Assembly (NCBI GenBank): GCA_019117605.1 | Contig: DWZK01000076.1 | Span: 1,962-33,961, forward strand | Source of the DNA: Candidatus Intestinimonas stercoravium | Lineage (GTDB): Bacteria > Bacillota > Clostridia > Oscillospirales > Oscillospiraceae | Reading direction: 5' to 3' | Length of the DNA stretch: 32,000 bases | Part shown: positions 30,460 to 32,000 of the stretch, piece by piece | Numbering within the stretch: the first letter of the stretch is position 1 | Layout of the letters: every line of letters starts with the position of its first letter | Notes under the pieces: model-generated | Told to the model about the DNA's origin: nothing | The model's database searches: none | The model's input: the letters and a program-made list of their open reading frames with translations, nothing else | Position numbers and translations under genes: made by a program

Positions 30460-30587
30460 TCGTGTTACCTCCTTCTGGGGGAGCAGCCTCCCGTACCATC
30501 CTATGACGGGCCGCCCCCGGGCGACACCGCCTGTGCCGCCGCAGACAGAAGGAGCTCCAGGCCGCGTGCGCGCGCACGGCCTGTCTT

Positions 30588-31952
30588 TTACTTTTCCAGC
30601 AGGCTCCTCCGGCCCAGCGGCCGGTAGACTGTGAGATACATCGTCGTGAAGCAGGCCGCCCCGCCCAGCAGCTGGGACACCGCCTCGGCGATGAAGACGC
30701 CGCTGGTCCCGAAGAAAACGGGCAGGATGACAGTGAGGGGGGCGTTGATGAACGCTTTGCGCAGCAGGGAGAAGAAGATCGCCTGCCGCGCCTTGCCCAG
30801 GCCCGTGAACACAGACTGCCCCGCCAGCTGGAGAGACATGAAGATGAACAGCGCGAAATAGGTCCGGATCGCGGGGATGCCCGCCTGTATGACGGCCTCC
30901 TCGGTGGTGAAGATGCCCATCAGCATACCGGGCGCCGCCATGACGACCAGCCATACGAGGACAGAGTAGGCCACCACCACCAGGGCGGAGAAGCGGATGC
31001 CCTGCCGCACCCGCCCATTCTCCCCGGCGCCGTAGTTGTAGCCCAGCACGGGCTGGGAGCCGTTGGACAGGCCGGTCACCGGCATGAGGACCACCTCCCG
31101 GATGGAGTTGATGATGGTCATCACGCCCACATAGAGGTCGCCGCCCCAGGTCTGAAGGGTGGCGTTGCACACCACCTGCACCAGGCTGTTGGTCAGGTTC
31201 ACGAAGAAGCCCGCCAGCCCCAGGGAGAGGATCCGCTTCACCCTGGCCGCCGAGAGCCGCATCCGTGAGAGGCGCAGGTGGAGGATGGCCTTCTTCCCCG
31301 TCAGGAACACGAGGACCCACACCGCAGAGCAGGCCTGGGCCATGATCGTGGCCAGGGCCGCGCCCACCACTCCCATATCGAACACGAAGATGAAGATGGG
31401 GTCGAGCACGATGTTGACCACCGCGCCCAGGCCCACGGTCAGCATGCCCGTCTTTGCGAAGCCCTGAGAGTTGATGAATGGGTTCATGCCCAGGCCGATC
31501 ATCACGAAGACGGTCCCCAGGAGATAGATGGTGAGGTAGGCGTCGGCATAGGGGAAGGTGTCGTCGCTGGCCCCGAAGAGGTACAGCATGGGCCGCCTCA
31601 CCGCCAGGAAGAACACCGTGGCCGCCACGCCCAGGATGAGCAGGAGGGAGAAGGCGTTCCCCATCACATATTCCGCCTCTTCCTCCTCCCCCTTGCCCCG
31701 GCATATGGAGCACAGAGGCGCGCCGCCTACGCCACAGAGGTTCGCAAGGCCCATCAGGATCGAGATGATGGGCATGGTCAATCCCAGGCCGGTGAGGGCC
31801 AGGTGCCCGGGCAGACGGCCCAGATACATCCGGTCCACCACGCTGTAGAGCACGTTGATGAGCTGGGCCACCGTCATGGGTCCCGCCAGGCGCAGGATGT
31901 TTCCCGGCACGCTCCCTTTGGAGAAATCGCTCTTCTGTTGTCCTGCCATCAT
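30588..31952 (-). CDS. MATE-family efflux transporter
   Basis: 454 aa with 12-TM-like hydrophobic periodicity. The N-terminus ...ILRLAGPMTVAQLINVLYSVVDRMYLGRL... is typical of MATE/NorM-like proteins. Confidence 0.85.
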   Translation of the reverse strand: MMAGQQKSDFSKGSVPGNILRLAGPMTVAQLINVLYSVVDRMYLGRLPGHLALTGLGLTMPIISILMGLANLCGVGGAPLCSICRGKGEEEEAEYVMGNAFSLLLILGVAATVFFLAVRRPMLYLFGASDDTFPYADAYLTIYLLGTVFVMIGLGMNPFINSQGFAKTGMLTVGLGAVVNIVLDPIFIFVFDMGVVGAALATIMAQACSAVWVLVFLTGKKAILHLRLSRMRLSAARVKRILSLGLAGFFVNLTNSLVQVVCNATLQTWGGDLYVGVMTIINSIREVVLMPVTGLSNGSQPVLGYNYGAGENGRVRQGIRFSALVVVAYSVLVWLVVMAAPGMLMGIFTTEEAVIQAGIPAIRTYFALFIFMSLQLAGQSVFTGLGKARQAIFFSLLRKAFINAPLTVILPVFFGTSGVFIAEAVSQLLGGAACFTTMYLTVYRPLGRRSLLEK

Positions 31953-32000
31953 ATCCCCTTCTTTTCCTCGTTCTCTCCCATCCCGCCGCAGCCGTACGGG

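Noticed and set aside
30559-30582. GC-rich imperfect hairpin downstream of the MATE gene, as a possible terminator
   Set aside because: The stem has a mismatch and a G-U pair with almost no loop. The T-rich run lies on the plus-strand side, where no gene ends. Support is too weak to call.
30460-31713. N-terminal 418 aa of the 878-aa minus-strand ORF
   Set aside because: This part overlaps the MATE transporter gene in another frame and is Gly/Arg/Pro/His-rich. The vWA protein has a strong AGGAGG RBS and an ATG at 30459, so the real gene is 29077..30459.

Overview
The window is high-GC DNA (spot counts of 60-nt lines give about 62-68% in most genes) with Clostridia-type GGAGG ribosome-binding sites. 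Taxon and family names come from remembered motifs only; no searches were run.

Positions 1 to about 24,290 are the right-hand part of an integrated temperate siphovirus-type prophage, and its left end lies outside the window. Reading the minus strand from right to left, the phage encodes:
- a Cro-like regulator and several small ORFs;
- a replisome organizer and a DnaB helicase;
- a DUF3102 / PcfK-like / PcfJ-like block;
- a run of small Cys-rich ORFs and an HUH rolling-circle Rep-like protein;
- a zinc-ribbon mini-ORF that is absent from the ORF track;
- an HNH-P-loop fusion, TerS and TerL;
- an HK97-type portal, protease and capsid, connector proteins and the major tail protein;
- a frameshifted tail chaperone and the start of the tape measure protein.

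The plus strand carries the lysogeny module. It has a CI/LexA-like repressor facing the Cro-like gene across two near-consensus back-to-back promoters. After the repressor comes a four-gene cargo island: a DEDDh exonuclease-BRCT fusion, a coupled unknown Cys-cluster protein and an MNT/HEPN pair. A large serine recombinase follows.

Right after the recombinase gene, a Cys-rich host ORF continues in frame with no start codon or RBS, so the prophage appears to split a host gene. The host DNA beyond it encodes an ABC ATPase, a permease-M1 peptidase fusion, a membrane protein, a cytoplasmic-looking vWA protein and a MATE exporter.

Best candidates for something new, in order:
1. The lysogen-expressed exonuclease-BRCT plus Cys-cluster gene pair, together with a palindrome it shares with the MNT/HEPN pair.
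2. The gene-splitting serine-recombinase prophage.
3. The HUH Rep module with flanking CTTAATAATT repeats beside the packaging genes.
4. The duplicated terminator cassette that gates the late operon.

I saw no rRNA, tRNA or CRISPR array.
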